Assembly: GCF_028641065.1 (NCBI RefSeq)
Contig: NW_026576938.1
Coordinates: forward strand, 62,001-111,886
From: Leucoraja erinacea
Taxonomy: Eukaryota
Direction: 5' to 3'
DNA length: 49,886 nucleotides
The notes under the pieces were generated by a model. That model did not search any database. It saw only the letters and a program-made list of their open reading frames with translations, and was not told the DNA's origin. The stretch's first letter is position 1. Every line of letters starts with the position of its first letter. Positions 36,150 to 48,244 of this stretch are shown one piece after another. Both the position numbers and the translations under genes were made by a program.

Positions 36150-36530
36150 AGACAATAGAAAATAGGTGTAGGAGTAGGCCAATTGGACCTTCGAGCCAGC
36201 ACCGCCATTCAATGTGATCATGGCTGATCATCCCCAATCAGTTCCCCGTTCCTGCCTTCTCCCCATATCCCCTGACTCTGCTATTTTGAAGAGCTCCATC
36301 TAGCTCTCTCTTGAAAGCATCCAGAGAACTGGCCTCCACCGCCCTCTGAGGCAGAGAATTCCACAGACTCACCACTCTCTGTGAGTAAAAGTGTTTCCTC
36401 GTCTCCGTTCTAAATGGCTTACCCCTTATTCTTAAACTGTGGCTCCTGGTTCTGGACCCCCCCCAACATCGGGAACATGTTTCCCGCCTCTAGTGTGTCC
36501 GAACGCTTAATAATCTTATATGTTTCAAGT
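36150..36530 (-). mobile_element. CR1-like LINE 3' fragment
   Basis: CR1 3' UTR and ORF2 end on the minus strand. Confidence 0.8.
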
Positions 36531-37089
36531 CGTACGTATGTTTCAAATACATACATACAGCGCTCCCTCAGAGGACCTAAAGAAAGGCTTGAGAGTAGAA
36601 ATAAGTTTTAAGTCTCGACTTAAAAGAATTGATGGACTTTTAGTTTAAAGATCCAGGAAGATAAAGAATTAAAAATTTTAGTTTCAAGATACAGCACGGA
36701 AACAGGCCATTCAGCCCATCGAGTGCGCGCTGACCAACAACCTAGTTCTAGTTCAACCCTACACACTAGGACCAATTTACAGAAGCCAATTAACCTGCAA
36801 ACCAGCATGTTTTTATCATGTGGGGGGAAACCAGAGCACCTGGAGAAAACCCACGTGGTCACAGGCTGAAAGGTGTACACTCTCTACAGACACGCACGCG
36901 TGGTCAGGATGGAACCCGATCTCTGGCGCAGTCGGGCAGCAAAGCTACCATGCCACCCCTTTGGTTAGTTTAACCGCATCACGTACACGAGGACCGGGCG
37001 TCCACAGCACTCCAGGGTCGAATATTTAGAAGCCTTTGGTTTTTACTTTGATTTACGAGCGTCTCAACAAAGTATTTGTTTTGTTCCAG

Positions 37090-37147
37090 GCTGCAGAAGG
37101 AGGTGAGACTGGCACAGAAGATGGTCTATCAAGGAGTACAGCCCCCG
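37090..37147 (+). CDS. NPDC1: NPDC1-like exon 5
   Basis: R-LQKEVRLAQKMVYQGVQPP (cf. NPDC1 RLQREIRLTQKADY); TTGTTCCAG acceptor, GTAAGG donor, phase 2-0. Confidence 0.92.
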
Positions 37148-37274
37148 GTAAGGAACCAAGGCACAAAGAGGACTGGAGAACTGGCAGAAATTGGACCTTG
37201 GAAAAAAATTCAACTATCTATCCATGATAATTTTTTCAACCTCAATAACATAATCTCAATAACATAATTCATCG

Positions 37275-39005
37275 CCATTGAGGGAGTGCAGCGTAGGTTC
37301 ACAAGGTTAATTCCCGGGATGGCGGGACTGTCATATGCTGAGAGAATGGAGCAGCTGGGCTTGTACACTCTAGACCAGTGGTTCTCAAATGGGGGTACGC
37401 GTACCCCTGGGGTACGTGAGATTTTAAAATATAGGGCTACATATACAGGGCCGGCCTTAGGATGTGCGGGGCCCAATTGGGAACAATTTTGGTGAACCCC
37501 AGGTTCCCAGCCAAGGTGTGTCAGCCCAGTTATTTAGTATATATTATGAAATTGTACACTAGGTGCTATGGATTCTACACTGTGTGAATCTCTCCTGCTC
37601 CCTCCCGTTTGACTGTCAGTAGCTCCGCGGCTTCCAACCTTTACCGTAGCTGCTAATTACCATTAAACTGCATTATGTGATTGGACACAATGCCCTTGGA
37701 GACAGCGGCTGATTGGACAGGAGGAGACCTATTTGTTGATTGGACGGGTATTTTAAGGCAAGCTGGTTGGTGATTGGATGCAACCCCCTTAGAGACAGCG
37801 TTTGATTGGCCGCCAAATAACATGGTCAAATCTGTAACAAAAATCGCTGGTCGGTGCGAACTCAGTAACTATCTGGTTGTTTCTCCAAACTAAACAGTAT
37901 AACATACAGGTACATTCATTTAAAATTAAAGTCAGTGATGATTTCACATGATTTCTTACTGTGTAAAGCTCAATATCTGACCAATTTCTGTTTAACATGT
38001 TTGGCCTGCCGTGAGCATTTTTCTCTCCCAAAACAGTTCATATCTAGCAAACCGATGATAAATATTTTTATTTTTTATTTTTAGCAATTTCTGCTTTTCT
38101 TTAAAATTAAGTTAATGATTTCTTTTTGAGCACAGATCTTTACTATGATCCCAAAAGAAGACACTTTATGTTGATAATTATTTTTATGTGCACAAATCTT
38201 TATTTATAATTATGTTAATTTTTTTATTTTTTTTTTTAGTTATATATTTTTATTTCCAAATAGTTCAAGAGAGACCACTACAAATGGTTATATGGTCACT
38301 GTTTTCACTACATTAGATTGAATCACTACATTTTAGTGATGAGAAATATTTGCAATAAATTTAGTCATGGATTATTAACATTTAAAATGTTCGAAATAGT
38401 TTTTTTTCAAATGTTTGAATTTTGTATGTGTTTATCAGTTCCAAAGTTTAATAAATCAGACACTGATGGCGCAGTGCTCTGTTTTAAGTCTTTTTTTTTT
38501 CAACCAAAAATGCTTTGCGCTGGTTAGCGGGTACTTGGCTGAAAAAATATTTCACAGGGGGTACATCACTGAAAAAAGGTTGAGAACCACTGTCCTAGAG
38601 TTTAGAAGGATGAGAGGATATCTTATTGAAACATAAAAGATTATTAAGGGTTTGGACACGCTAGAGGCAGGAAACATGTTCCCGATGTTGGGGGAGTCCA
38701 GAACGAGGGCCACACAGTTTAAGAATAAGGGGTGAGCCATTTAGAACGGAGATGAGGAAACACTTTTTCACACAGAGAGTTGTGATTCTGTGGAATTCTC
38801 TGCCTCAGGGGGCGGTGGAGGCCGGTTCTCTGGATACTTTCAAGAGAGAACTAGATAGGGCTCTTAAAGATAGCGGAGTCAGGGGATATGGGGAGAAGGC
38901 AGGAACGGGGTACTGATTGTGGATGATCAGCCATGATCACATTGAATGGTGGTGCTGGTTCGAAGGGCCGAATGGCCTCCTCCTGCACCTATTGTCTATG
39001 TTTCT
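37275..39005 (+). mobile_element. CR1-like LINE split by a DNA transposon
   Basis: ..GLYTL (37374) resumes as EFRRMRGYLIET after 38597. Confidence 0.85.
37376..38592. mobile_element. Non-autonomous hAT (Charlie/Buster-like) DNA transposon, 1217 bp
   Basis: TIRs CAGTGGTTCTCAA...TTGAGAACCACTG; imperfect 8-bp TSD CTCTAGAC/TCCTAGAG with central TA; no transposase ORF. Confidence 0.85.
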
Positions 39006-39219
39006 ATGTTTGTATGGGCTCTTTTTGAATGTGCGGCTGCATGGTAAATCAAATTCCACTTTACCTTACCTGGTGCATGCGGCAAAGAATCTAATTACAT
39101 TCCATTCAATGCACCTGCATCAACTACCTCCTCCAGCAGCTCGTTCCATGCACCAACCACCCTTTGCATGTAGAAGCAGCCCCTCAGGTTCTGATTCAAT
39201 ATCTCTCCTCTTTCCTCAG

Positions 39220-39299
39220 TTCATGGCCAGGAGACTTGTGGAAAAGCTTCAGAGGCATCACTACCAGCACCAGAAGAAAGTCATCCAAGCCTTGGAACA
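39220..39299 (+). CDS. NPDC1: NPDC1-like exon 6
   Basis: FMARRLVEKLQRHHYQHQKKVIQALE-Q (HYQHQ motif of NPDC1/CAB-1); CTTTCCTCAG acceptor, GTGAGT donor, phase 0-2. Confidence 0.92.
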
Positions 39300-39339
39300 G
39301 TGAGTTTCCCTGACCTCTTGTTTACCACTCAGTGTACAA

Positions 39340-39895
39340 GTTCAAATTCAAGTTCAAGTGAGTTTATTGTCATGTGTCCCTGTATAGGACAATGAAATTC
39401 TTGCTTTGCTTAAGCACACAGAACATAGTAGGCATTTACTACAAAACAGATAAATGTGTCCATATACCATGATATAAATATATACACACATGAATAAATA
39501 AACTGATAAACTGCAAATAACAGAAAATGGGTTCATAATAATCAGAGTTTTATCGGAGCCAGGTTTAATAGCCTGATGGCTGTGGGGAAGTAGCTATTCC
39601 TGAACCTGGTCGTTGCAGTCTTCAGGCTCCTGTACCTTCTACCTGAAGGTAGCAGGGAGATGAGTGTGTGGCCAGGATAGTGTGGGTCTTTGATGATACT
39701 GCCAGCCTTTTTGAGGCAGCCACTGCGATAAATCCCCTCGATGGAAGGAAGGTCAGAGCTGATGATGGACTGGGCAGTGTTTACTACTTTCTGTAGTCTT
39801 TTCCTCTCCAGGGCGCTCAAATTGCCGAACCAAGCCACGATGCAACCGGTCAGTATGCTCTCGACTGTGCACCTGTATAAGTTAGAGAGAGTCTT
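39340..39895 (-). mobile_element. Rex1-like LINE 3' fragment
   Basis: YRCTVESILTGCIVAWFGN..LPSGRRYRSLKTATTRFRNSYFPTAIRLLN; (AACTTG)n tail. Confidence 0.85.
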
Positions 39896-40129
39896 GATGT
39901 AAGAATCCTTGATGTCCAAGCTAAGCGGTGATATAATGACCTCCCCTCCCATCCACTCCTGACCTCTGACCTCTGATCTCCCCTCTCATGGATGGCACAG
40001 TGGCACAGCTTAATCTAATGCCAGCAGTAATTATGTCACTAGCGGGCGAAGCACCAAGGCAAATTCCTTGTATGTGAATAAGGGGCCAATAAATCTATTC
40101 ATTCATTAATTCACTCGCTTAATACCCGA

Positions 40130-40925
40130 GAAGTATCCAAACTGTTAATAATCTTATATGTTTCAATAAGATCCCCTCTCATTGTTCTAAATTCCAGAGT
40201 ATACAAGCCCAGCTGCTCCATTCTCTCAGCATATGACAATAGACAATAGACAATAGGTCCAGGAGTAGGCCATTTGGCCCTTCAAGCCAGCACCGCCATT
40301 CAATGTGATCATGGCTGATCATCCACAATCAGTACCCTCTTCCTGCCTTCTCCCGATATCCCCTGACTCTGCTATTTTTAAGAGCCTGATCTATCTCTCT
40401 CTTGAAAGCATCCAGAGAACCAGCCTCTAGGCAGAGAAGTCCACAGACTCACCACTCTCTGTGAGAAAAAGTGTTTCCTCGTCTCTCCTTATTCTTAAGC
40501 TGTGTGGCCCCTGGTTCTGGACTCCCCCCAACATCGGGAACATGTTACCTGCCTCTAGCATGTCCAAACCCATAACAATTTTATATGTTTCAATGAGATA
40601 CCCTCTCATCCTTCTAAACTCCAGGGTGTACAAGCCCAGCTGCTCCATTTTCTCAGCATATGACAGTCTCGCCATCCCAGGAATTAACCTGGTGAACCTA
40701 CGCTGCACTCCCTCAATAGCACGAATGTCCTCCCTCAAATTAGGGCACCAAAACTGCACACAATACTCCAGGTGTGGTCTCACTAGGGCTCTGTACAACT
40801 GCAGAAGGACCTCTTTGCTCCTATATCCGATTCCTCTTGTTATGAAGGCCATCAAGCCATTCACTTTCTTCACTGCCTGCTGTACCTGCATGCTTACTTT
40901 CATTGACTGATGAACAAGGATCTGC
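40130..40925 (-). mobile_element. CR1-like LINE fragments
   Basis: LYRALVRPHLEYCVQFWCP..FRRMRG. Confidence 0.85.
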
Positions 40926-40983
40926 TTGAAGCCCCGATCCTTCACACCTGCTGACTAAGACTGCTGTCTTTTCTTCATCCCAG

Positions 40984-41083
40984 GAGCAAATCCAAGATGA
41001 ATGCAGGGCAGATATCGTCGGAATCTGAGCCGGATAATGAAAACGGGGAATATACTGTCTACGAGTGTCCAGGTCTGGCCATG
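40984..41083 (+). CDS. NPDC1: NPDC1-like exon 7
   Basis: SKSKMNAGQISSESEPDNENGEYTVYECPGLAM (cf. NPDC1 SDEENEDGDFTVYECPGLAP); CCCAG acceptor, GTAAGC donor, phase 2-0. Confidence 0.95.
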
Positions 41084-41429
41084 GTAAGCATTTCCATCAC
41101 GCACCCATTTACTTCCCCTTATACCTTTCCCAAGAAAGTGCAGGTCCACCGCTGGTTTTCCAGCATCCGTGGTTCCAGAGCCTTACCGGATTATCCGTTT
41201 TGCCAGACACAACATGGCCCCATGAGGAGTCCAACGGTATCGGAACGCTGCACCTAGGCCACCCAGGGGCCGAGATACCGATGCGTGAAGTCGGCACTGG
41301 GATCGGATCACAAAGACATGTGGGCTAATTGGCCTCTGTAAATTGCCCCCTTATGTGTAGGGGACATGTGTAGGAACGCAACTGCAGATGCTGCTTTACG
41401 GTACGATACGATATAAATTTATTGAAATT

Positions 41430-43430
41430 TAAATGAAAGTAGGCATGCAGGTGAAGAAAGCAAATGGCATGCTGCCCTTCATAGCAAGAGGCGTTGAGTC
41501 TAGGAGCAAAGAGGTCCTTCTGCAGTTGTACAGGGCCATGGTGAGACCACACCTCGAGTATTGTGTGCAGTTTTGGCCCCCTAATTTAAGGAAGAACATT
41601 CTTTCTATTAACCATATAACCATATAACAATTACAGCACGGAAACAGGCCCTACAAGTCCGTGCCGAACACTTATTCTCCCCTAGTCCCATCTACCTGCA
41701 CTCAGACCATAACCCTCCATTCCTTTCCCATCCATATACCTATCCAATTTATTTTTAAATGATAAAATCAACCTGCCTCCACCACTTCCACTGGAACCTC
41801 ATTCCACACAGCTGCCACTCTCTGAGTAAAGAAGTTCCCCCTCATGTTACCCCTAAACTTCTGTCCCTTAATTCTGAAGTCATGTCCTCTTGTTTGAATC
41901 TTCCCTACTCTCAATGGGAAAAGCTTGTCCACATCAACTCTGTCTATCCCTCTCATCATTTTAAAGACCTCTATCAAGTCCCCCCTTAACCTTCTGTGCT
42001 CCAGAGAATAAAGCCCTAACTTATTCAACCTATCTCTGTAACTTAGTTGCTGAAACCCAGGCAACATTCTAGTAAATCTCCTCTGTACTCTCTCTATTGA
42101 GGGAGTGCAGCTTAGGTTCACCAGGTTAAATCCCGGGATGGCGGGTCTGTCATATGCTGACAGAATGGAGCGGCTGGGCTTGTATACTCTGTAATTTAGA
42201 AGGATGAGAGGCTATCTTATTGAAACATATAAGATTATTAAAGGTTTGGACACTCTAGAGTCCAGAACCAGGGGCCACAGTTTAAGAATATGGGGTAAGG
42301 CACTTAGAACGGAGATGATGAAACACTTTTTCTCACAGAGAGTTGGGAGTCTGTGGCATTCTCTGCCTCAAAGTGCGGTGGAGGCTGGTTCTCTGGATAC
42401 TTTCAAGATAGAGCTAGATAGGGCTCTTAAAGATAGCGGAGTCAGGGGATATGGGGAGAAGGCAGGAATGGGGTACTTATTGGGGATGATCAGCCATGAT
42501 CACGTTGAATGGCGGTGCTGGCTCGAAGGGCCGAATGGCCTATTCCTGCACCTATTGCCTATTGTCTATTGTCTATTTATCCCAGATAAATTGATTTGCC
42601 AACAGTCAACAGTTTCTTCCCACTGAGGGTGAACACAAAAAGCTGGAGTAACTCAGCGGGACAGGCAGCATCTCTGGAGAGAAGGAATGGGTGACGTTTT
42701 ATGTTGTGACTGAATAAGGGTCTCGGCCTGACACGTCACCCATCCCTTCTCTCCAGAGATGCTGCCTGTCCCGCTGAGTTACTCCAGCATTTGGCGTCCA
42801 TCCTAATGTGGATGGGGAAAATGGGATAACATAGAACTAATGTGTGAACGGATGATCGATGGTCGGCTTGGACTCAGCTAAAGGACAATAGACAATATGT
42901 GCAGGAGTAGGCCATTCGGCCCTTCGAGCCAACACCGCCATTCAATGTGATCATGGCTGATCATCCACAATCAGTACCCCGTTCCTGCCTTCTCCCCATA
43001 TCCCCCGACTCCACTATCTTTAAGAACCCTATCTAGCTCTCTCTTGACAGTCTCCAGAGAAGTAAGTAAGTAAGTTTATTGGCCAAGTATTCACATACAA
43101 GGAATTTGCCTTGGTGCTCCACCCACAAATAACAACAGTGACAGTTACAAATGACTCAGAAAACACTGAACATTAATAATAATAAAAGAACCGGCCTCCA
43201 CCACCCTCTGAGGCAGAGAATTCCACAGACTCGCAACTCTCTGTGAGAAAAAGTTTTTCCGTTCTAAATGCCTTACCCCTTATTCTTAAACTGTGTGGCC
43301 CCTGGTTCTGGACTCCCCCAACATCGGGAACATGTTTCCTGCCTCTAGCGTGTCCAAACCCTTAATAATCTTCTGTTTCAATAAGAAAACCTCTCATCCG
43401 TATACAAGCCCAGCCGCTCCATTCTCTCAG
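41430..43430. mobile_element. Cluster of nested CR1-like LINEs plus an inverted Penelope-derived pair
   Basis: A plus-strand CR1 (~41430-41605, resuming ~42095-42575) is interrupted by a minus-strand CR1 of another subfamily; a further minus copy at ~42885-43430. Confidence 0.8.
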
Positions 43431-43507
43431 CATTTCCTTGTTGTATTTTTCATTCTTTCTATGGCTTCACGATCAATAAGTCCACTTTGTTGAATCTTGT
43501 GCTTCAG

Positions 43508-43585
43508 ACTGGAGAGATGGAGGTTCACAATCCTCTGTTCGACACCTCGATCCTCAAAAGCATCTCATCCATCGAGCAGCAGTAG
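43508..43585 (+). CDS. NPDC1: NPDC1-like exon 8 (last coding exon)
   Basis: TGEMEVHNPLFDTSILKSISSIEQQ* (cf. NPDC1 TGEMEVRNPLFD); CTTCAG acceptor, phase 0. Confidence 0.95.
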   Translation, partial: TGEMEVHNPLFDTSILKSISSIEQQ

Positions 43586-43714
43586 CCAACTGGACCCACA
43601 AGGATGAAGGATGACAGAACGCTCTCCCTGCTTCTATCGAGGGTCGAAGTGGTGGTGTGGTCAGTCCTGGTGGTGACAATGCAAAATTGGACCCTTGTAC
43701 CTGCTCTATCATTC

Positions 43715-43720
43715 ATTAAA
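43715..43720 (+). terminator. Candidate polyadenylation signal of the NPDC1-like gene
   Basis: ATTAAA 130 nt after the stop codon. Confidence 0.4.
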
Positions 43721-44169
43721 ATCTCGGACTTTGACTACACCAAGCCCGCGTTGCTGCACGAGTCCCAGTTCCCTTGATTATCATGAGGTCCTAAATCCCG
43801 AAAATCTGTCCCGGGTCATGCAGTGGGGAAGCCTCTTCACAGGAAGGCAGTTCCCCACCACTCTCGCAAGGGGTAATTTGGGATGGGCAAAAAAAATCCC
43901 AGCCACACCACACCATTAATCATGACCAGAATGACAGAGCACGGACACAGGTCCTTTGGCTTGGCAGATGCTGTAAGCTTGCTACTCCACTGGAGAAACA
44001 CACATGCAATAGCCAGCACAGTGGCACAGATGGTAGAGCTGCTGCCTCACAGCGCCAAGGACACAGGTTCGATCCTGACCCCCCTCCACCCACCCAACTG
44101 CTGTTTGTCAGGACATCTCCACGTTTTCCCTGCAACCACGTGGGTTTCCTCCAGGCACCCCGGACTCCC

Positions 44170-45530
44170 ACAACAGGGGGATACAGGCAGTTAAAAACAT
44201 CCTACAGAGAAATCCTGACCCGAGAGACCAGACGAGGCCCTAGTTAAACTACTGGATCTGGGGTTGACTAAGAATGACTTTGAATTTAACGGGGAGTTCT
44301 ATTTACAAGTCAAAGGTACAGCAATGGGGAAGAAGTTTACCCCATACTCAATGCCCACCACCCTTCCATCAAGGTAAAGGCCATGACTAGCCAGGAGAGG
44401 GTGGACTTCCTTGACACCACTGTCTTTAAACTACCATCAGATAACCAAGACCACAAACTAGCTACCAAAGTCTCAAACCCACAGACACCCACACACTCCT
44501 ACACACCACGAGCCACCACCCAAAACACACCTTCAGAGGTATTGTTGTCACAACTGACCCGTTTCCACCATATATGTACAAGGGAGGAGGACTTCAACCA
44601 GGCCACAAGCACCCTCTTCACCCCCCTCAGACAGAAGGGCTACTGCAAACGGAAATTAAGACACATTAAGTCAGATTTTCTAAAAAGCAAACAAGCGCCC
44701 AGATCTAGGCCGTGGACGACATTGAACTTGCCACTAATAACAAGATATGGCAACATGGCTGTCCAGGCCCACAAAATAGTCAAGGGCCGTTTTGAACAAT
44801 TCCAAAGGGGATTTGCCACACTAAAGGGGTACAAGGTAATGTCAGCATACAAGAGGGCTAAAAATCTGAAGGACATCCTGGTCAGTACAAGTCTACACAC
44901 AGCCCCAGACTGTGGGCAGAGACGGTGTGGAGCCTGCACCCACTTAGTAATAGCCAAAAATATAGAGAACAGTGTAACAGGGAAGAGAGGCCAGATAGCG
45001 CAGAGGATAACCTGTGAGCAAAAGAATGTGGTGTATGCAATTAGATGTAAAGAGTGCAACTTACTGTACATAGGCGAAACAGGTAACAGCATCAGAGTCA
45101 GACTGACAGGACACTTCAGCAACATCACAAGGGGAGACCAATCCATACCCATTAGCAGACACTTCCAGCAACATGGGATCCAGTCGCTAGAGATCATGGG
45201 CCTGGAAACAAACATAATGGACAATAGGGAGAAGGAAGAGAGCAGAGAGGCGATGGATAGAAGCGCTACAGATGAAAGAGCCCAATGGCCTAAACCTTGC
45301 ATAAACTCAAACCTAGGGTGGATCCTGACTGACTCCCACAAATCTATGGAAGGGCAAGTGTAAGGCAGATAGATTTGGACAAGGGTGATGAAACTGTGGG
45401 CAAAATATCAAGTGACAGTACATGCTGAAAAGGAATCTCCAGGGGGAGATCAATAAGCACCAGAGGGCATGTTTCCCACTGTCCGATAAATCACAACCTA
45501 ACCCTAACCCTAAAAACGAAGGAACAGCAG
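44170..45530 (+). mobile_element. Degenerate Penelope-like element (RT + GIY-YIG endonuclease)
   Basis: NDFEFNGEFYLQVKGTAMGKKF, VDFLDTTVFK, CGQRRCGAC, NVVYAIRCKECNLLYIGET, ISRHF; frameshifts; the RT catalytic DD region is deleted at ~44343. Confidence 0.9.
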
Positions 45531-45984
45531 AATGCTGGCTTACAAAAGGGCGGTCACGGTGGCGCAGCGATAGAGTTGTTGACTTACAGGCCCTTTCGGC
45601 CCACCGGGTCCGCGCCGACCAGCGATCCCCGCACATTAACCCTATCCTACAACCATTAGGCGGTGTTTTTTACATTTACCAAGCCAATTAACCTACAAAC
45701 CTGTACGTCTTTGGAGTGTGGGAGGAAACCGAAGATCTCGGAGAAAACTCCGTACAGGCAGCACCCGTAGTCGGGATGGAACCCGGGTCTCCGGCGCTGC
45801 ATTCGCTGTAAGGCAGCAACTCTACCGCTGCACCACCGTGCCGCCCTTTTAGAATAGTGCATGTGGCTTATGCAATTAAGATCAGTGATCGTTCCTCTTG
45901 CAACAGTGAAGTTCGAGGAGCTATTGCCTGGAGACACAAGGAACTGAATGTTAGTTCAAGTTAGCTTAGTTTCACTTCGACATA

Positions 45985-46590
45985 CAATAGACAATAGACA
46001 ATAGGTGCAGGAGGAGGCCATTCGGCCCTTCGAGCCAGCACCGTCATTCAATGTGATCAAGGCTGATCATCCCCAATCAGTACCCAGTTCCTGCCTTCTC
46101 CCCATATCCTCTGACTCCGCTATCTTTAAGAGCCCTATCTAGCTCTCTCCTGAAAGTATCCTGAGAACTGGCCTCCACCGCCCTCTGAAGCAGAGAATTC
46201 CACAGACTCACAATTTTATGAGAAAAAATGTTTCCTCATCTACGTTCTATATGGGTTACCCCTTATTCTTAAACTGTGTGGCCCCTGGTTCTGGACTCCC
46301 TCAACATCGGGAACATGTTTCCTGCCTCTAGCGTGTCCAAACCCTTAACAATCCTATATGTTTCTAGGGCTCTGTACAATTGCAGAAGGACCTCTTTGCT
46401 CCTATACTTGACTCCTCTTGTTATAAAGGCCAACATGCCATTTGCTTTCTTCACTGCCTGCTGTACCTGCCTGCTTACTTTCATACCCTGATGTACAAGG
46501 ACCCCCAGATCCCATTGCACTTTCCCCTTTCCCAACTTGATGCCATTTAGATAGTAATCTGCCTTCCTGTTTTTGATACCAAAGTGGATA
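45985..46590 (-). mobile_element. CR1-like LINE fragment with internal deletion
   Basis: VKKANGMLAFITRGVKYRSKEVLLQLYRAL fused to ETYRIVKGLD. Confidence 0.85.
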
Positions 46591-47119
46591 CAGTGCGGAA
46601 ACAGGCCCTTCCGCCCACCGAGTCCACGCTGACCAGCGATCCCCGTACACTAACAGAATCAAAGGCTTGTCCCACCGTGATCATTCCTTCTTCTCCCCGC
46701 TCCCACCTGACACAAGGTACAGAAGCTTGAAAGCGCACACCACTAGTCTCGTAAACAGCTTCTTCCCCTCTCTTATCAATCTTCTGAATGGTCCTTCCAT
46801 AAGCTCGGGGACTGTCCGATTCACATCTACCACATTGCGGACATTGTGTTTCTCTATGGAACTGGTGCATTACAATGCTGAGAATGATATTCTGCAGTTT
46901 ACTATCATGCTAGCTATCATACTTGACTTTAACTTGATTGTATTTATATCCATCTTTGTTTATATCTAGCATTTTCTGATCTCAATAGCGTATGCAAAAT
47001 AAAGCTTTTCACTGGAACTCGGTACGTTATCATCATTACTTTTTTGCATATCTTTCATTCCTTTCTTCTATATCTCTCTACATCGCCATCTATACCTATC
47101 GTTTCCCTTTCCCCTGAAT

Positions 47120-47975
47120 CTGGAGGCAGGAAACATGTTCCTGATGTTGGGGGAGTCCAGAACCAGGGGCCACAGTTGAAGCCATTTAGAACGGAGATGA
47201 GGAAACACTTTTTACATAGAAACATAGAAAATAGGTGCAGGAGTAGGCCATTCGGCCCTTCGAGCCTGCACCGCCATTCGATATGATCATGGCTGATCAT
47301 CCAACTCAGTATCCGAACCTTCCTTCTCTCCATACCCCCTGATCCCTTTAGCCACAAGGGTCACATCTAACTCCCTCTTAAATATAGCCAATGAACTGGC
47401 CGCAACTACCTTCTGTGGCAGAGAATTCCACAGATTCACCACTCTCTGTGTAAAAAATGATTTTCTCATCTCGGTCCTAAAAGACTTCCCTCTTATCCTT
47501 AAACTGTGACCCCTAGTTCTGGACTTCCCCAACATCGGGAATAATCTTCCTGCATCTAGCCTGTCCAACCCCTTAAGAATTTTGTAAGTTTCTATAAGAT
47601 CCCCCCTCAATCTTCTAAATTCTAGCGTGTACAAGCCGAGTCTATCCAGTCTTTCTTCATATGTAAGCCTTTGGAATTCTCTGCCTCAGAGGGTGGTGGA
47701 GGCCAATTCACTGGATACTTTCAAGAGAGAGCTGGATAGGGCTCTTAAAGCTAACGGAGTTAGGGGATATGGGGAGAAGGCAGGAACGGGGCACTGATTG
47801 GGGATGATCAGCCATGATCACAGTGAATGACGGTGCTGGCTCGAAGGGCCAAATGGCTTACTCCTGCACCTATTGTCTATTGTCAGCCGCTCCATTCTAT
47901 CCACATATGACAGTCCTGCCATCCCGGGAATTAACCTCGTGAACCTACGCTGCATTCCCTCAATAGCAAGAATTT
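47120..47975. mobile_element. Nested CR1-like LINE fragments
   Basis: Minus-strand copy 47215-47665 inside a plus-strand copy. Confidence 0.8.
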
Positions 47976-48244
47976 CTGGAGCCAATAAATCTGGATGCAA
48001 ATAGTAAAGTTCTCTTGCAAAGACACAAAGTGCTGGAGTAACTCAGCACGTCAGGCAGCAACTCTGCAGAACATGAATCGATTATGTTTCAGGTTGGGAC
48101 AGTTCTTCGGCCTCATTGTGGTGGGTGCGGGTGGCGGTGGGAGAAAGCTGGAAGTGAAGTTGGTGGGGGTGGGGTTGGGACACAGCCTGGCAGGAGATAA
48201 CACAATACAGATGCGTGGAGAGACACACTGAGTGCTGGAGTAAC

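Noticed and set aside
45385-45425. SECIS-like ATGA..AAA stem downstream of the Penelope ORF
   Set aside because: The 3' GA of the kink-turn is missing, helix pairing is short, and no in-frame UGA at a Cys position was seen
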